Positions 1 through 9,336 of a DNA stretch of 48,991 nt are shown in pieces. The DNA is taken from IMG/VR virus record IMGVR_UViG_3300017658_000264, positions 1 to 48,991 of that record; one strand, written 5' to 3'. The notes below the pieces were generated by a model that saw nothing but the letters and a program-made list of their open reading frames with translations, was not told where the DNA came from and did not search any database. Origin of the DNA: a virus. Taxonomy: Duplodnaviria > Caudoviricetes. Both the position numbers and the translations under genes were made by a program. Positions within the stretch are counted from its first letter, which is position 1, and every line of letters starts with the position of its first letter.

Positions 1-66
1 CGCGAGTTTCACGTCATCGGGCCAATCGTTGGCGGCGATGATGTATCCGGTGAAGGTTGCCGTCAT
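1..66 (-). CDS. 5' part of a hypothetical phage gene running off the window edge
   Basis: ATG at 66 overlaps the stop of ORF 63..368; reads MTATFTGYIIAANDWPDDVKLA. Confidence 0.4.
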   Translation of the reverse strand, partial: MTATFTGYIIAANDWPDDVKLA

Positions 67-266
67 CCCCGCTCCTTATCCAGTGCGTTGCGGGAGGATG
101 CGTGAAGTGCGGACTGCCAATAATGCCACCCCGCGTTTATTACCTCATCGGCATAGCCATCTTCGCAGCGCACAAGGCACTCGGTGCGGATCTCGACTTC
201 GAGGAAGCCGCTCTCCTTCATCCTGTCCACGACGGCTGCCTCAAATAGCGACCTTTGGTCTGTCAT
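63..266 (-). CDS. hypothetical phage protein
   Basis: Part of ORF 63..368; likely start MTDQRSLF, overlapping the stop of 263..454, with a GGAGAG RBS. Confidence 0.55.
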   Translation of the reverse strand: MTDQRSLFEAAVVDRMKESGFLEVEIRTECLVRCEDGYADEVINAGWHYWQSALHASSRNALDKERG

Positions 267-454
267 TCGCTCTCTCCTCTCTGGCGGATAGCGGAGGTTC
301 CGGAAGCTGTGAGGGCGGCAATCATTTCCCGAGCGGTCTGAGCGACCTGAACCGGCGTGAATTTCCACCCCTGCTTGATCAGATGGCGCTCTGCGATCCG
401 TAGCGCCTCGGCATGCGTTTCGTCGCCGATAACCGGTCTGGGGCTCTCATTCAT
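263..454 (-). CDS. hypothetical phage protein
   Basis: 63 aa ORF translationally coupled to its neighbours in the leftward operon. Confidence 0.55.
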   Translation of the reverse strand: MNESPRPVIGDETHAEALRIAERHLIKQGWKFTPVQVAQTAREMIAALTASGTSAIRQRGESE

Positions 455-716
455 CAGTCGACCTCTTCAGTTTGAGGTAGGCCTCGATGAGCTGATCGCG
501 AGTTTTGAACCCAGTCTCTCGCTCGATGAGCGCATCTTCCATGTCGGGGGTGTGTGGATCGCCGCCAAAGATCGTCACTTCGGCGAATTGCTCGACGCCG
601 ACTAGGTTCATGCGGAAGATGTGCTTGACCGACATAATACCCTCGCCGGATGGGATATGGACGTTCATTTCGCCCGGCATCTTGGCAAGCGCCTTTCGGA
701 GTTCGCGGACCTTCAT
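447..716 (-). CDS. hypothetical phage protein
   Basis: Part of ORF 447..791; likely start MKVRELRKAL, coupled to the stop of 713..1570. Confidence 0.6.
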   Translation of the reverse strand: MKVRELRKALAKMPGEMNVHIPSGEGIMSVKHIFRMNLVGVEQFAEVTIFGGDPHTPDMEDALIERETGFKTRDQLIEAYLKLKRSTDE

Positions 717-1570
717 TCGACGCACCCCTTCGTTTTTGTGGCGGAAGCGCTGCGCGTGGCGGCGAGGGCTTCCGCGGCTGTGTTCCTGCAAAATGCACTG
801 AGGTGGTTGGGCCCGTAGCCGTCGCTGATCTTTTCAAGCGCATCGCGCAGCCTCTCCACCTCCGCGCTGTCCTCTCCTTCTCGGGAGAGGGGTGGGGAGG
901 TGAATGGATTTGCGATGAAACCGTGCTTGATACCGTAGGCCAACGCGGCAACGGTGTGCTTGACAACGGCCCTGCGCTGGTCAGTGTCGCAGGGCTGGCC
1001 GCTCTGGCACACGCCGTCCATATCGGCGCAATCGCGGCACATGCCCCCGTAGCGCAGCACATAGCCGACCAGGTCGTCACCCACCGGCTCTATCGCCGGC
1101 ACATCGACAAGGGCGCTTCGGATGCGCTGCTCGTAGTCGGTTTGGGCCGCGGCTTTGGCGGCTTCGGCATGAGGGTGCGCGGACTTTGTGACGCTGCTGC
1201 CTTCATGCTTGGCGAGGACCGCACATTCATGGTCTTCATCGACCGCGTATAAAATGCCTATGCCGTGCGCTAGGTACGTCCCGTTCCGTATGGCTTGCCG
1301 CCACTCCAGTGGCTTGATCTTCACCTCTCCCGCCTGCTTATCTGAAAGGGCGGCGGTGAGGGAGCGACGGTTCCAAGCCTCAACGGCCGATTTGCTGGAA
1401 GCATCGAAATCCTTGCCGGGAACATCCGTATAGCAGCCGCTGCATCGCACAACCGGAAATGCGCGGTCGGCCGCACTGTATGGCGTGTCCCGGTCGCATG
1501 TGGGCGGCAGCACCATAAGCCTGTCTGAGCCACAGAATGGGCAGGGCTTGAGTTCACTCTGCATTTTCAC
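713..1570 (-). CDS. Lar-family (restriction alleviation) Zn-ribbon protein with mosaic C-terminus
   Basis: N-terminal ELKPCPFCG...CSGC...AVEAWNRR signature; second Cys cluster CRDC..C..C further on. Confidence 0.7.
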   Translation of the reverse strand: MKMQSELKPCPFCGSDRLMVLPPTCDRDTPYSAADRAFPVVRCSGCYTDVPGKDFDASSKSAVEAWNRRSLTAALSDKQAGEVKIKPLEWRQAIRNGTYLAHGIGILYAVDEDHECAVLAKHEGSSVTKSAHPHAEAAKAAAQTDYEQRIRSALVDVPAIEPVGDDLVGYVLRYGGMCRDCADMDGVCQSGQPCDTDQRRAVVKHTVAALAYGIKHGFIANPFTSPPLSREGEDSAEVERLRDALEKISDGYGPNHLSAFCRNTAAEALAATRSASATKTKGCVE

Positions 1571-2012
1571 CTCCGAGGAGTGCGCGGGCGCGGCGGAAGT
1601 TGCCGTAGGACAGCTCGACGCCGTCGTAACCCCACAACGGTTTGTGTTCGGGCACTTCTACGCTGCGGATAGGAAGTTGGTCGGCAATCGCTGCAAACGG
1701 CATCAACGCTTCCTGCAGATCCGCATTCTCCCGCTGCAACGCCTCTGCCTGGCGGGCGAGGGCGAGGAGCTCGGAGATGGCGACAGGGTTGCAGGCCGCG
1801 ATGTAGCGCATGTTGGCGGCGTCTTCGGCGAAGAGACGGTCATTCATGCGATCAGGCTCACAGATGCCGTCGAGCCCGCAAACGATCTCGGACGGACCAG
1901 CGACCGTCAGCCGCTGAATATCCGTTCTGGTCTGTACGGTTTGCCACGGCCCCGGCGTCACGCCTTCCATTGCCTTCTCTATTGCCTCTATGGCTGATAC
2001 GGGGGAGGTCAT
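1554..2012 (-). CDS. Ead/Ea22-like early phage protein
   Basis: TPGPW motif, then NMRYIAACNP and a coiled coil, typical of this family. Confidence 0.6.
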   Translation of the reverse strand: MTSPVSAIEAIEKAMEGVTPGPWQTVQTRTDIQRLTVAGPSEIVCGLDGICEPDRMNDRLFAEDAANMRYIAACNPVAISELLALARQAEALQRENADLQEALMPFAAIADQLPIRSVEVPEHKPLWGYDGVELSYGNFRRARALLGGENAE

Positions 2013-2887
2013 GGGCGGCCCTCCGCATCAATTGCCGCCAGCTCAGCGGCCAGCTTCGCCTTGCGCTGCTCGACAAGCTTGGCGTCGTTCTCGGCCTTCA
2101 TCGCTTGAATGTCTTCCGGGATGCTCAGAGCCGGGTGCGTCTTCACCCACTCCAGCAACGTGCCATAGTGCAGGTTGGTCGTGGTGTAGATGTCGACCGT
2201 GAAGTCCGGCTTCTGGCGGAAGCGGGCGCAGGTGGTCTCAAATTCCGACTGGATGACGGCGGCGCGCTCTTCCTCGGTGTCGAAGAACTGAAATTCGGAG
2301 CCGTAATGGTCGGACAGATAGTACTTTGCCCGCCACTCTTTGCCTTTCTCGAAGTCGCCGCCTTCAACGCGAAGGCCGCTGATATCCTTCATCTTAATGA
2401 TGCGAGGGATACTCCTGGCGCCGTGGTAACGGTTTCCTTCGACTGACAACGGGTAAAGGACCTTGCCGTCCAGAAGCTTCCCGAGATCGATCATCCCCTT
2501 ATGAGTCTTCATCCACTCGTCAAGCTGGCGCTTGGCTGACGAGAGCTCCCATTCGGCCTTCTGCTTTTCGCTGCGAAGGTTATCTATCACCTTCGAGGCT
2601 TCAGCTTTGATCTGGGCAAGCTCTGCCTTCTTCGCCACGATGTCAGCGTCGAGTTCAACACGCGGGGGCGCGTCGAAAAGCTCATCGCGATCCTTCGCAA
2701 CAAGATATCCGGCAGGCTCCGTCGTTTCCTCCTCGTGGAAGTCGTCGCCGTGATAGTTGGGCGACTGCATCACAACCGTTACCATGGGTCGGACATAAGC
2801 AGTGCCGTCATGCTCATGATCCAGGCTGAATGCGGCTCCGGTCTTGTCGTACAACAAGCCGCTCGTATGCTTCACGTTCTCACCCAT
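2009..2887 (-). CDS. hypothetical coiled-coil phage protein
   Basis: Part of ORF 2009..2932; start uncertain (2887 or 2932). Confidence 0.7.
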   Translation of the reverse strand: MGENVKHTSGLLYDKTGAAFSLDHEHDGTAYVRPMVTVVMQSPNYHGDDFHEEETTEPAGYLVAKDRDELFDAPPRVELDADIVAKKAELAQIKAEASKVIDNLRSEKQKAEWELSSAKRQLDEWMKTHKGMIDLGKLLDGKVLYPLSVEGNRYHGARSIPRIIKMKDISGLRVEGGDFEKGKEWRAKYYLSDHYGSEFQFFDTEEERAAVIQSEFETTCARFRQKPDFTVDIYTTTNLHYGTLLEWVKTHPALSIPEDIQAMKAENDAKLVEQRKAKLAAELAAIDAEGRP

Positions 2888-2935
2888 TGGAGGAGCCTTT
2901 CTGCTGAAGAGCGCGGAGGGTGGGCGGCTCATGCT

Positions 2936-3550
2936 TCACCTGCCTGCTTCTGGGGCGTTGCCGGTGAGTTCGCGATAGCGCAGAAGGAATGCTTCTGCCG
3001 CCTGCTCAGGCGACCAAGGGTAAATCTCGAAATCGTAGGGCTTGATGTCCGAAAGCGACCAGCGTTCTCCGCGCCATAGCAGTAGATCGCGGCGCTCGGT
3101 GGCCAGCATCCGGACGTCGGCCTGCTTCAGCGCGACGGGGTCGGTGATGGTGATGCCAAACCGCGTCAGGATTGCCGCCTCGCACCGCTTTTCGATAGCC
3201 TTGAAGCCCGGGACGAGTGACTTGAGTGGCGCGGTCATGTCGCCGCAGACAGCTTCGCCGACTTCGTGCATGAGGGCTTGCATGGCAAGTTCTGGCGCGA
3301 TGGCGTAGCTCATTCGGACGCAGTGCTCCGCGACTGAGTAAAACACGCGGCGCTGAAAGTGCCTGCTGTAGCACTGTCCCGCGCACCTTCCTTCAAAAGC
3401 CAGCCCGTAAGCGATGTCCTCAATAGTAATCTCGCTGCTCTCAGGGTCCTCGAAATCGAAGTAGGTTCCCGAGCCGAGTAAGATCGTGGGGCCGATCGCG
3501 TGGCGGATGACGCTGGCGCGCATCGCTTCAATGGCGAGTTCGTCGCTCAT
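2936..3550 (-). CDS. HD-superfamily phosphohydrolase (YfdR/YfbR-like deoxynucleotidase)
   Basis: IEDIA, YSVAEHCV, ALMHEVGEAVCGDM.APLK and KQAD..MLATERRDL motifs. Confidence 0.8.
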   Translation of the reverse strand: MSDELAIEAMRASVIRHAIGPTILLGSGTYFDFEDPESSEITIEDIAYGLAFEGRCAGQCYSRHFQRRVFYSVAEHCVRMSYAIAPELAMQALMHEVGEAVCGDMTAPLKSLVPGFKAIEKRCEAAILTRFGITITDPVALKQADVRMLATERRDLLLWRGERWSLSDIKPYDFEIYPWSPEQAAEAFLLRYRELTGNAPEAGR

Positions 3551-3840
3551 TCGGAAACTCCGTTCGACTCGCTTGCAGCAATCATGGCGTCGGCCATGCG
3601 ATAAGCCTGATACGCGGCTGCGGCAGGGCCAGCGTCATGAAGGAAATCACTCCCATCATCGAAGCTGTGCGCCATGAGGCCTACCAGCGCCTGACCGGCG
3701 AACCAGTCGCGGAGGCTCATGCCGGGGTGCTCTGCTTCCGCGAACGTTTTTTCGATGTCACCGCCGATGTTGACGAAACCAATTTCCTCCATGCGCTTGC
3801 CTGAAAAGGCGAGCCCGCCGTCTTCTATCTTCTTGGTCAT
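3547..3840 (-). CDS. conserved phage protein
   Basis: GMSLRDWFAGQAL...AYRMADAM motif is common in phage early genes. Confidence 0.75.
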   Translation of the reverse strand: MTKKIEDGGLAFSGKRMEEIGFVNIGGDIEKTFAEAEHPGMSLRDWFAGQALVGLMAHSFDDGSDFLHDAGPAAAAYQAYRMADAMIAASESNGVSE

Positions 3841-4232
3841 GCGGAATCCTCGCGGTAAAAGGTGCAGGGCCGGTAGACGACCGGCTTCTTCGGCTTGTCG
3901 GATTTGGGGAAGGGGGCGGATTTCAGCTTGCCGGCCGGGCGAATGACGCCGCTATGCCGGTCCCGCTGCCGGTCGGACTTGCGGATCTGCTGAATGTCGT
4001 TCCGGGTTTTAAACTTATGACACTGGACGCAAATCGCCATGCAGTTCGAAAGGCTGTTATCGCCGCCAAGCTGGTCGGGAACATTGTGGTCGAACTGGAC
4101 GCCGAGCGACAGGTGGCAGTTTCATCGCTGGCCCGGCTCAAATCCGTAGCGGGTTCCTTCTGCCTCGCAGCGATAGCCGGAACGCTCCAGTGCGGCGCGC
4201 TTGGTGGCGCGGGAGAATTCGGTGCGGGCCAT
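3837..4232 (-). pseudogene. HNH endonuclease interrupted by an in-frame TGA at 4124-4122
   Basis: Reads MARTEFSRATKRAALERSGYRCE...QR*NCHLSLGVQFDH.VPDQLGG.N...NC..IC..CH in a single frame. Confidence 0.75.
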
Positions 4233-4438
4233 CACACCCTCCTCAGATCATCGAGGACGGCCTTGCGCATTTCTTTGCGGGCGCGGTGGATAGCCTGGGT
4301 GCTGCCGGTGCGCTTGGCTGTGGCGAGGTCTTCCGATGCCTTGCGCCATGCCGGCAGCTTACTCATGCCGCCGTGGCGCTTGTGAAACAGCCACATGATG
4401 TCGGAGACAATGCGAGGCACGCGGATGGTGCTGGTCAT
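4232..4438 (-). CDS. small basic hypothetical protein
   Basis: 68 aa ORF coupled to both neighbours. Confidence 0.6.
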   Translation of the reverse strand: MTSTIRVPRIVSDIMWLFHKRHGGMSKLPAWRKASEDLATAKRTGSTQAIHRARKEMRKAVLDDLRRV

Positions 4439-4875
4439 GCCACTCTCCTATCGTTCGCAGCCTCGTGGAAGCCGCCACGGATGGTCTCGGTCAGGTGGAC
4501 GTTGTTCGTGTCGCAGAAGGCGATCGCGTAGGTGATGAGGCTCGCAGCCCGCTTCACCGACATGCGGGCGGTGCTCTCGCGGATGTTGACCGGTTCGCCT
4601 TCGAGGCCCGTCACAAGATCGACTTCACCGTTGGTCGCCACGGTATGGGCGGATACCAGTAGAACCTTCCACTCGTCAGCGTTCCGACGCTTCCCGTCCC
4701 AAGGCAGGCTTGAACGGGCAAGATCGGTGCAGATCGCATGAAAGAACGCATTCTGCCCGCCGCTGCGCGTGACAGGGCCGATCGCGACCGAGCAACCTTC
4801 TGCTGCTTGGATGACAGCATTGACCGCGTTGCGGCGCACCTTGTCGTTGATGAGAGTGAAGCGCTGCTTTTCCAT
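4435..4875 (-). CDS. ninB: NinB-family recombination protein
   Basis: TRS..QNA.FHAI.TDLA, WK.L, GLEGE and STARMSV...LI.Y..AF motifs. Confidence 0.8.
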   Translation of the reverse strand: MEKQRFTLINDKVRRNAVNAVIQAAEGCSVAIGPVTRSGGQNAFFHAICTDLARSSLPWDGKRRNADEWKVLLVSAHTVATNGEVDLVTGLEGEPVNIRESTARMSVKRAASLITYAIAFCDTNNVHLTETIRGGFHEAANDRRVA

Positions 4876-4877
4876 AT

Positions 4878-5543
4878 TCAGCCCGCCGCCATAGAGCGTT
4901 GAAGGATTTCGCGGTCAGTGACTACCGGCTCGGGCGCGCCGTAGCGGCGAACCTTCTCGACGATCTCGGCCAGTTCCTCGTTGAACTGCTTCACCGCACT
5001 GGCGAGCGAGACGATGTAAGGCCCGTCGCGATAGGCGCGCTTCACGAACAGCGGCATCTTCGGCCAATAGACGACGATATCGATCCATTCGCGTTCGGCT
5101 ACCCAAAGCGCGCCTTGGCACTGTGCTTTGTGCTCTGGCGGGAACTCATCGCGCTCGATGCACTCAATGAGCAGATGCGGCAGTTTGGACTTGGCTTCGA
5201 ACATACCGCTGGACCCGACAAGCCCGTCAGGGCTGGCGCCTTTGTCCCCATTGCGGATGAAGCCGGTGAGATGGATCTCGGCATCTACGATGAAGGAATA
5301 CATCTCGCGCGCCAATGGCTCATGCTCATGGCCGCGCTCCATATGGTCGTTGCTATAGGATATCATCGGGTCGCCGGTGATGATTTCGCCAGCCAACTGG
5401 CGCATGTACTTTGCTCGGGTTTTGCTATCGCCGCCGCCACGGCCAGAAGCCATGACGGTCGCGAACATCGAAGCCGTTGGAATACCGGCGCGGCACGCGA
5501 GCCATTCCGGCGTACCTTGCTCGCAATCGAAAATCTGGATCAT
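4878..5543 (-). CDS. YqaJ/lambda-exonuclease family protein
   Basis: EQGTPEW...R.G..TAS, GASPDGL, FEAK and QCQGALWV motifs. Confidence 0.9.
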   Translation of the reverse strand: MIQIFDCEQGTPEWLACRAGIPTASMFATVMASGRGGGDSKTRAKYMRQLAGEIITGDPMISYSNDHMERGHEHEPLAREMYSFIVDAEIHLTGFIRNGDKGASPDGLVGSSGMFEAKSKLPHLLIECIERDEFPPEHKAQCQGALWVAEREWIDIVVYWPKMPLFVKRAYRDGPYIVSLASAVKQFNEELAEIVEKVRRYGAPEPVVTDREILQRSMAAG

Positions 5544-6340
5544 CGGCCGAACCTCTCGTCGCGGCGACGGCGGAGCATGGTCATCGCCCTGTCGAAATCT
5601 GCCGCTGGCATGTCCGCGAGGCGGGCGATCTTGCCAATCTCGCAGACGCGCGATTCCTCGGCCTCGGCTGCCTCGATCATCTCGCGAAGCTCGATTACCT
5701 GATCCTCGGAAATCGTCTCGACCTCGGCTGGGGCCTTGTTGCCGTCCTTGTCATCCATGAATGCGAGATCGAGCGCGCTGGCCTTGAGGTAGCGGCGGGC
5801 ATAGGTCTGGGTGCTGCCTTTGGCCTGAATGGGGGTCTTGTTGACCTTGCCCCCAGAGCCGGCCGCATCGAGCGGGAAATCATCCTCATAGATTTTTTCA
5901 TGCCCGCCGGAGTGTCCGAGCGTCAGGCGCATACGGATATGGCCGGGGAGGTCGCAGGGGACGGGGCACGAGGTAGTGGAGAAGCCGTGTTCCGTCAGGA
6001 TCGGCGTAACCACGCGCTCGATGTCGGCAAGGTCGGCATACTTCGACTTGGTATGGTCGTTGTCGTTCGTGCGGAAGATCGGGCCGATTTCCTTCTGAAC
6101 CTTCGCGAAGGCGGCCAGCCATTCGCGGCGCGCAGCGTCCTCCCGGTCTTCGCGCTCGATGCGACGAAGACGCTCCTGTTCGTCGGCGCGAACCTTGACG
6201 ATCGCGGCAAACTTGTCGGGGTCCAGTTTGTCGTTGCTGGCAAGACGCTCGATGACACCGAGAAGGCCATCCGCATGAGGCTGCGCGTCATCATACCGTT
6301 CAAGCTGAGTATCGCGTTCAACTGTAGCAATCTGGTTCAT
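5540..6340 (-). CDS. erf: ERF-family ssDNA annealing protein
   Basis: SKYADLADI...PIL..HG, IQAKGSTQTYARRY and D.DG motifs; adjacent to the exonuclease. Confidence 0.9.
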   Translation of the reverse strand: MNQIATVERDTQLERYDDAQPHADGLLGVIERLASNDKLDPDKFAAIVKVRADEQERLRRIEREDREDAARREWLAAFAKVQKEIGPIFRTNDNDHTKSKYADLADIERVVTPILTEHGFSTTSCPVPCDLPGHIRMRLTLGHSGGHEKIYEDDFPLDAAGSGGKVNKTPIQAKGSTQTYARRYLKASALDLAFMDDKDGNKAPAEVETISEDQVIELREMIEAAEAEESRVCEIGKIARLADMPAADFDRAMTMLRRRRDERFGR

Positions 6341-6342
6341 GA

Positions 6343-7557
6343 TCAAATCTCCACGATGCAATGCGGGATGTCGCCGTTCATGAGGGCTTCCGCGATGGCT
6401 TCAGGGGTGGCGCGGCCGGACATGGTGCGCAGGGCGTCGGCTATGTCCTTCGCGATCTTGTCGCGATGGGCTGCATCGGCCTCGCGCTTGGCGCGGGCTT
6501 CGTCCTCAGCCTTCCGTTCGTTGGCGATCCGGTCGCGTTCTGCCTGGGCGGCCTCTTCGACCTCCCGCTTGTGGCGGGCCTCGTCTTCGGCCTGCTTGAG
6601 GGCGGCGGCCGCCTTTGCTGCCGCCTCGGCTTCAGCCGCATCCGCCTTGCGCTTTTCTTCGGCCTTGGCGGCATCGTCAGCGGCCTGCCGCTCCATTGCC
6701 AGCGTGATGGTTGCCAGAGCGCCTTTGCGCAAAGCGTGAAGGTCAGCAGCGTGTTCGCCGAGTTGGTCGATGAGCGGCGGCAGTTTCTGCTCAAGCTCAT
6801 AGATCAGAATGCCGTAGGGCTGGGGCTGGCCGCCCACGAAACCCTTCTCGACCTCCTCGATGTACTGCCGGGCCTTCACCGCGCGCTCGCGCAGCTTCTC
6901 GGCTGCTTCCTCCGCCTCGCGGCGCTGACGATCCTCTTCGTCCTTTGCGGCCTTCAAGGCTCGGAGTTCTTCGAGCTCGCGAGCATCCGCTTCCCGCTTC
7001 TCTGCGGCGGCAAGGTTCTGGCGCAGCGCCGAGACGGCGCGATCTTTGGCGATGGCAGCCTCGTCGCGGTACTCTTGCCAGTCGTCTCCTATTTCGGTGG
7101 CTTCGATTTCCGCCAGAACGGCGGCGATCTGGTCGGACGGGCAATTGGCGTCGGCGCGGCCAGCGTCGAGCGCCGCGAAGCGATCCTTGAGCGACTGGAG
7201 ACGGGCCTCTTCCGCATCTTCCCAGTCATCGACAGGCTTGCGGACGCTGGCTTGAAGCTCTTCAAGCCGGGCCTTTATCTTGTTCCGAGTCTCGTTGACC
7301 TTCTTCGTGTTCTCGCGCCATTCCTCGGTCAGGTCCTTGCCTTGCTGGTCCAGCGTCGTCTTGGTGCGGGCGATCTTGAAGGCGAGCGACTTGATCTCGT
7401 CTCGACCCTTCTTCGTCGAGACATCGGGCTTATGCTCGTCCACCTTTTTCAGGATGGCGTCATAGAGCTTGTCGAACTCCCTCTCGTCGGTGAACGTGGC
7501 AACGCTCGGAACGGACGGAAGGGCGATAATCAGGTCGGTGGATGCGGTATCGGACAT
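6343..7557 (-). CDS. long coiled-coil phage early protein
   Basis: DVSTKKGRDEIKSLA.KIARTKT motif and Ala/Glu/Arg-rich helices. Confidence 0.8.
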   Translation of the reverse strand: MSDTASTDLIIALPSVPSVATFTDEREFDKLYDAILKKVDEHKPDVSTKKGRDEIKSLAFKIARTKTTLDQQGKDLTEEWRENTKKVNETRNKIKARLEELQASVRKPVDDWEDAEEARLQSLKDRFAALDAGRADANCPSDQIAAVLAEIEATEIGDDWQEYRDEAAIAKDRAVSALRQNLAAAEKREADARELEELRALKAAKDEEDRQRREAEEAAEKLRERAVKARQYIEEVEKGFVGGQPQPYGILIYELEQKLPPLIDQLGEHAADLHALRKGALATITLAMERQAADDAAKAEEKRKADAAEAEAAAKAAAALKQAEDEARHKREVEEAAQAERDRIANERKAEDEARAKREADAAHRDKIAKDIADALRTMSGRATPEAIAEALMNGDIPHCIVEI

Positions 7558-7817
7558 TAGACCCTCCGGGCGATTTCGTTGGCCCGCTCAACACGGGAAA
7601 AACTGTGATCGGCGGCTATCAAGCCGACGACGAGAATGGTGATGATGACGACGAGGCCGGCGCAAAGGTCGCGTGCCGTATCGTTGATGATCTGGCCGAC
7701 GCTGGGGCGGGTCGCCTCGCGGAACTCTTCGGGGCCAGCCTGTTCCTGAACCTTGCAGGGGACGCCGGAGGGAATGCAGGAGCATTCCCGGTGGGTGTGG
7801 AGGTCGCAGCGGGTCAT
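7557..7817 (-). CDS. small membrane protein with Cys-rich N-terminus
   Basis: One hydrophobic segment; coupled to neighbours. Confidence 0.55.
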   Translation of the reverse strand: MTRCDLHTHRECSCIPSGVPCKVQEQAGPEEFREATRPSVGQIINDTARDLCAGLVVIITILVVGLIAADHSFSRVERANEIARRV

Positions 7818-8131
7818 TCCGCAGCCTCCAGAAAGCTGCCGGCGCGATATTCAGAAATCGCCTCGCCGAACGTTTCCTGCGCGTGCTTGCTGTTTTCGAT
7901 CTGCTTGGAAATGGCTTCGAACAGCGCCTTGTTGACGGCGCTCGGGAAGCCCATGGCACCAGTGCCGAAACGGTCGAGAACCTTCCCACCGATCAAGATG
8001 CGCTCGACATAGAAATCGTCGTCGCAGTCCTCGACGAGCGTTGCCACGCCCCAAGCCATGAGGCCGTCGCCGATAAGCTCGACTTCCTCGAAAGTGTATT
8101 CGATCTCGAAACGGTCTGCTTCGTGTCGCAT
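7814..8131 (-). CDS. hypothetical acidic phage protein
   Basis: Part of ORF 7814..8212; GAGGA RBS precedes MRHEAD. Confidence 0.6.
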   Translation of the reverse strand: MRHEADRFEIEYTFEEVELIGDGLMAWGVATLVEDCDDDFYVERILIGGKVLDRFGTGAMGFPSAVNKALFEAISKQIENSKHAQETFGEAISEYRAGSFLEAAE

Positions 8132-8193
8132 GGCTTGTTCCTCAGGTGATCTCTTTCGATATCCCGCCGCTGTGTGCGGGATGCCGAAGGGGA

Positions 8194-8400
8194 TCAGCAC
8201 ATGTCCGCCCAATCCCTGAGCTTGTTCTCAGCGGCAACATGATCCCAGCGAGAGTCGTCCTCGGCGTCTTGAAATCCGTAGAACCAGTCCTCGCTACGCT
8301 TGAGCTGGATTTCGCCGCGATAATGGGCATTGACCGCGTCACGCATCGCCGGGTTCTGGAAAGCTTCCCGACCGTTCAGGTAATCGTCTTGCTGCGCCAT
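8194..8400 (-). CDS. first gene of the leftward early operon, hypothetical
   Basis: 68 aa; purine-rich RBS; lies just downstream of the PL-like promoter. Confidence 0.6.
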   Translation of the reverse strand: MAQQDDYLNGREAFQNPAMRDAVNAHYRGEIQLKRSEDWFYGFQDAEDDSRWDHVAAENKLRDWADMC

Positions 8401-8444
8401 TTCCCTTGCTCCTCATATTCCCGGTGTGTCGGGGTGATGAGGAG

Positions 8445-8494
8445 AATATGCATTACGCACATTTGCGCGTCAAGTCAGAAAATGCAAAACGCAT
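8445..8494 (-). promoter_or_regulatory. PL-like promoter with repressor operators
   Basis: Minus strand TTGACG(8473-8468)-N17-CATATT(8450-8445); palindromes ATGCATTACGCAC 8448-8460 and ATGCAAAACGCAT 8482-8494. Confidence 0.75.
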
Positions 8495-8523
8495 ATCTAG
8501 TGTGCAAAAAGATGCGCGCGCAC

Positions 8524-8550
8524 AAAAAAGCCCGCCGGAAGAGCGGGCTG
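8524..8550 (-). terminator. intrinsic terminator downstream of cI
   Basis: Minus strand AGCCCGC-loop-GCGGGCT followed by a T run. Confidence 0.7.
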
Positions 8551-8640
8551 GGTGTTCTTACAATAGGCGGCGAAAATCTACGCTTTCACGGTAATAGCGC
8601 GACCGCGCCGGCAGAGAGGAGGGCGGGGTCATGCGACAAG

Positions 8641-9333
8641 TCAGGCCCTCCGCCCATCAAGCCGAACGTCCTGAATCTCAGCGTTTGGGTTGCGTCGGAT
8701 ATGTTTCTGCGCTGATCGGCGAGGCTTGATGTCCGTTACGAAAGCGAAATACCGAACTGGCACGTCGAGCATCATGGGGGCGTTCACGCTTTCCAGGTGG
8801 TAGAGGCCTTGCTGTGACCCCGGATAGGGCGTCTTCACCAGAACGCGATCATCCTCAAGGAAACAAACGCAAGGCTCGCCCATATGGTCAGGGCGAGGGT
8901 CTTCCTTCTCCTCGTAGAAGATCAGCCATCCGTCGTTTGCCAGCCCACGCATTGAATCCCCCTCTACTTCCAACGCTGAGGTATTCTCTGTCGCGCCCTC
9001 GGGGGCGGGAACTTCGCCAAGGTATCCATCGCCCGTTGCAAACAGCACGGAGCCGTCAGGCCCTGCACCCGCCTTGCCGCGAATTTTCGTCATCAGCGGC
9101 GCGCGTTCGGGGGCGGGGCCCTCGCCGGTGAGAAGCCATCCTTCGCTCACCTTGTAGGCCTTCGCATATTTCGCCGCCGCTCTCGGGATGCCCCGGATTC
9201 CCTGCTCATGCTGAATGTATGTTTCATACACCCACCCATGGTAACGGGCGGCATCCTTCGCCGTGGCAAAGCCTCTGGCGATGCGGGCTTGTTCGAGACG
9301 TTTGGCGGGCTCTGGGCGATCATCATATTCCAT
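8641..9333 (-). CDS. cI: CI-like repressor (HTH plus S24 autopeptidase)
   Basis: N-terminal XRE HTH; AGAG cleavage-type region; VEGDSM (Ser) and VLVK (Lys); divergent from cro; start taken at MEYDD. Confidence 0.9.
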   Translation of the reverse strand: MEYDDRPEPAKRLEQARIARGFATAKDAARYHGWVYETYIQHEQGIRGIPRAAAKYAKAYKVSEGWLLTGEGPAPERAPLMTKIRGKAGAGPDGSVLFATGDGYLGEVPAPEGATENTSALEVEGDSMRGLANDGWLIFYEEKEDPRPDHMGEPCVCFLEDDRVLVKTPYPGSQQGLYHLESVNAPMMLDVPVRYFAFVTDIKPRRSAQKHIRRNPNAEIQDVRLDGRRA

Positions 9334-9336
9334 GTC

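Noticed and set aside
2936-3550. Z-genome (DatZ/PurZ) pathway
   Set aside because: No PurZ or DNA polymerase gene in the window; an HD hydrolase alone is insufficient
5477-7560. Long + strand ORFs (420 aa and 399 aa) opposite ERF and the coiled-coil gene
   Set aside because: Antisense shadows of high-GC coding sequence, with no motifs
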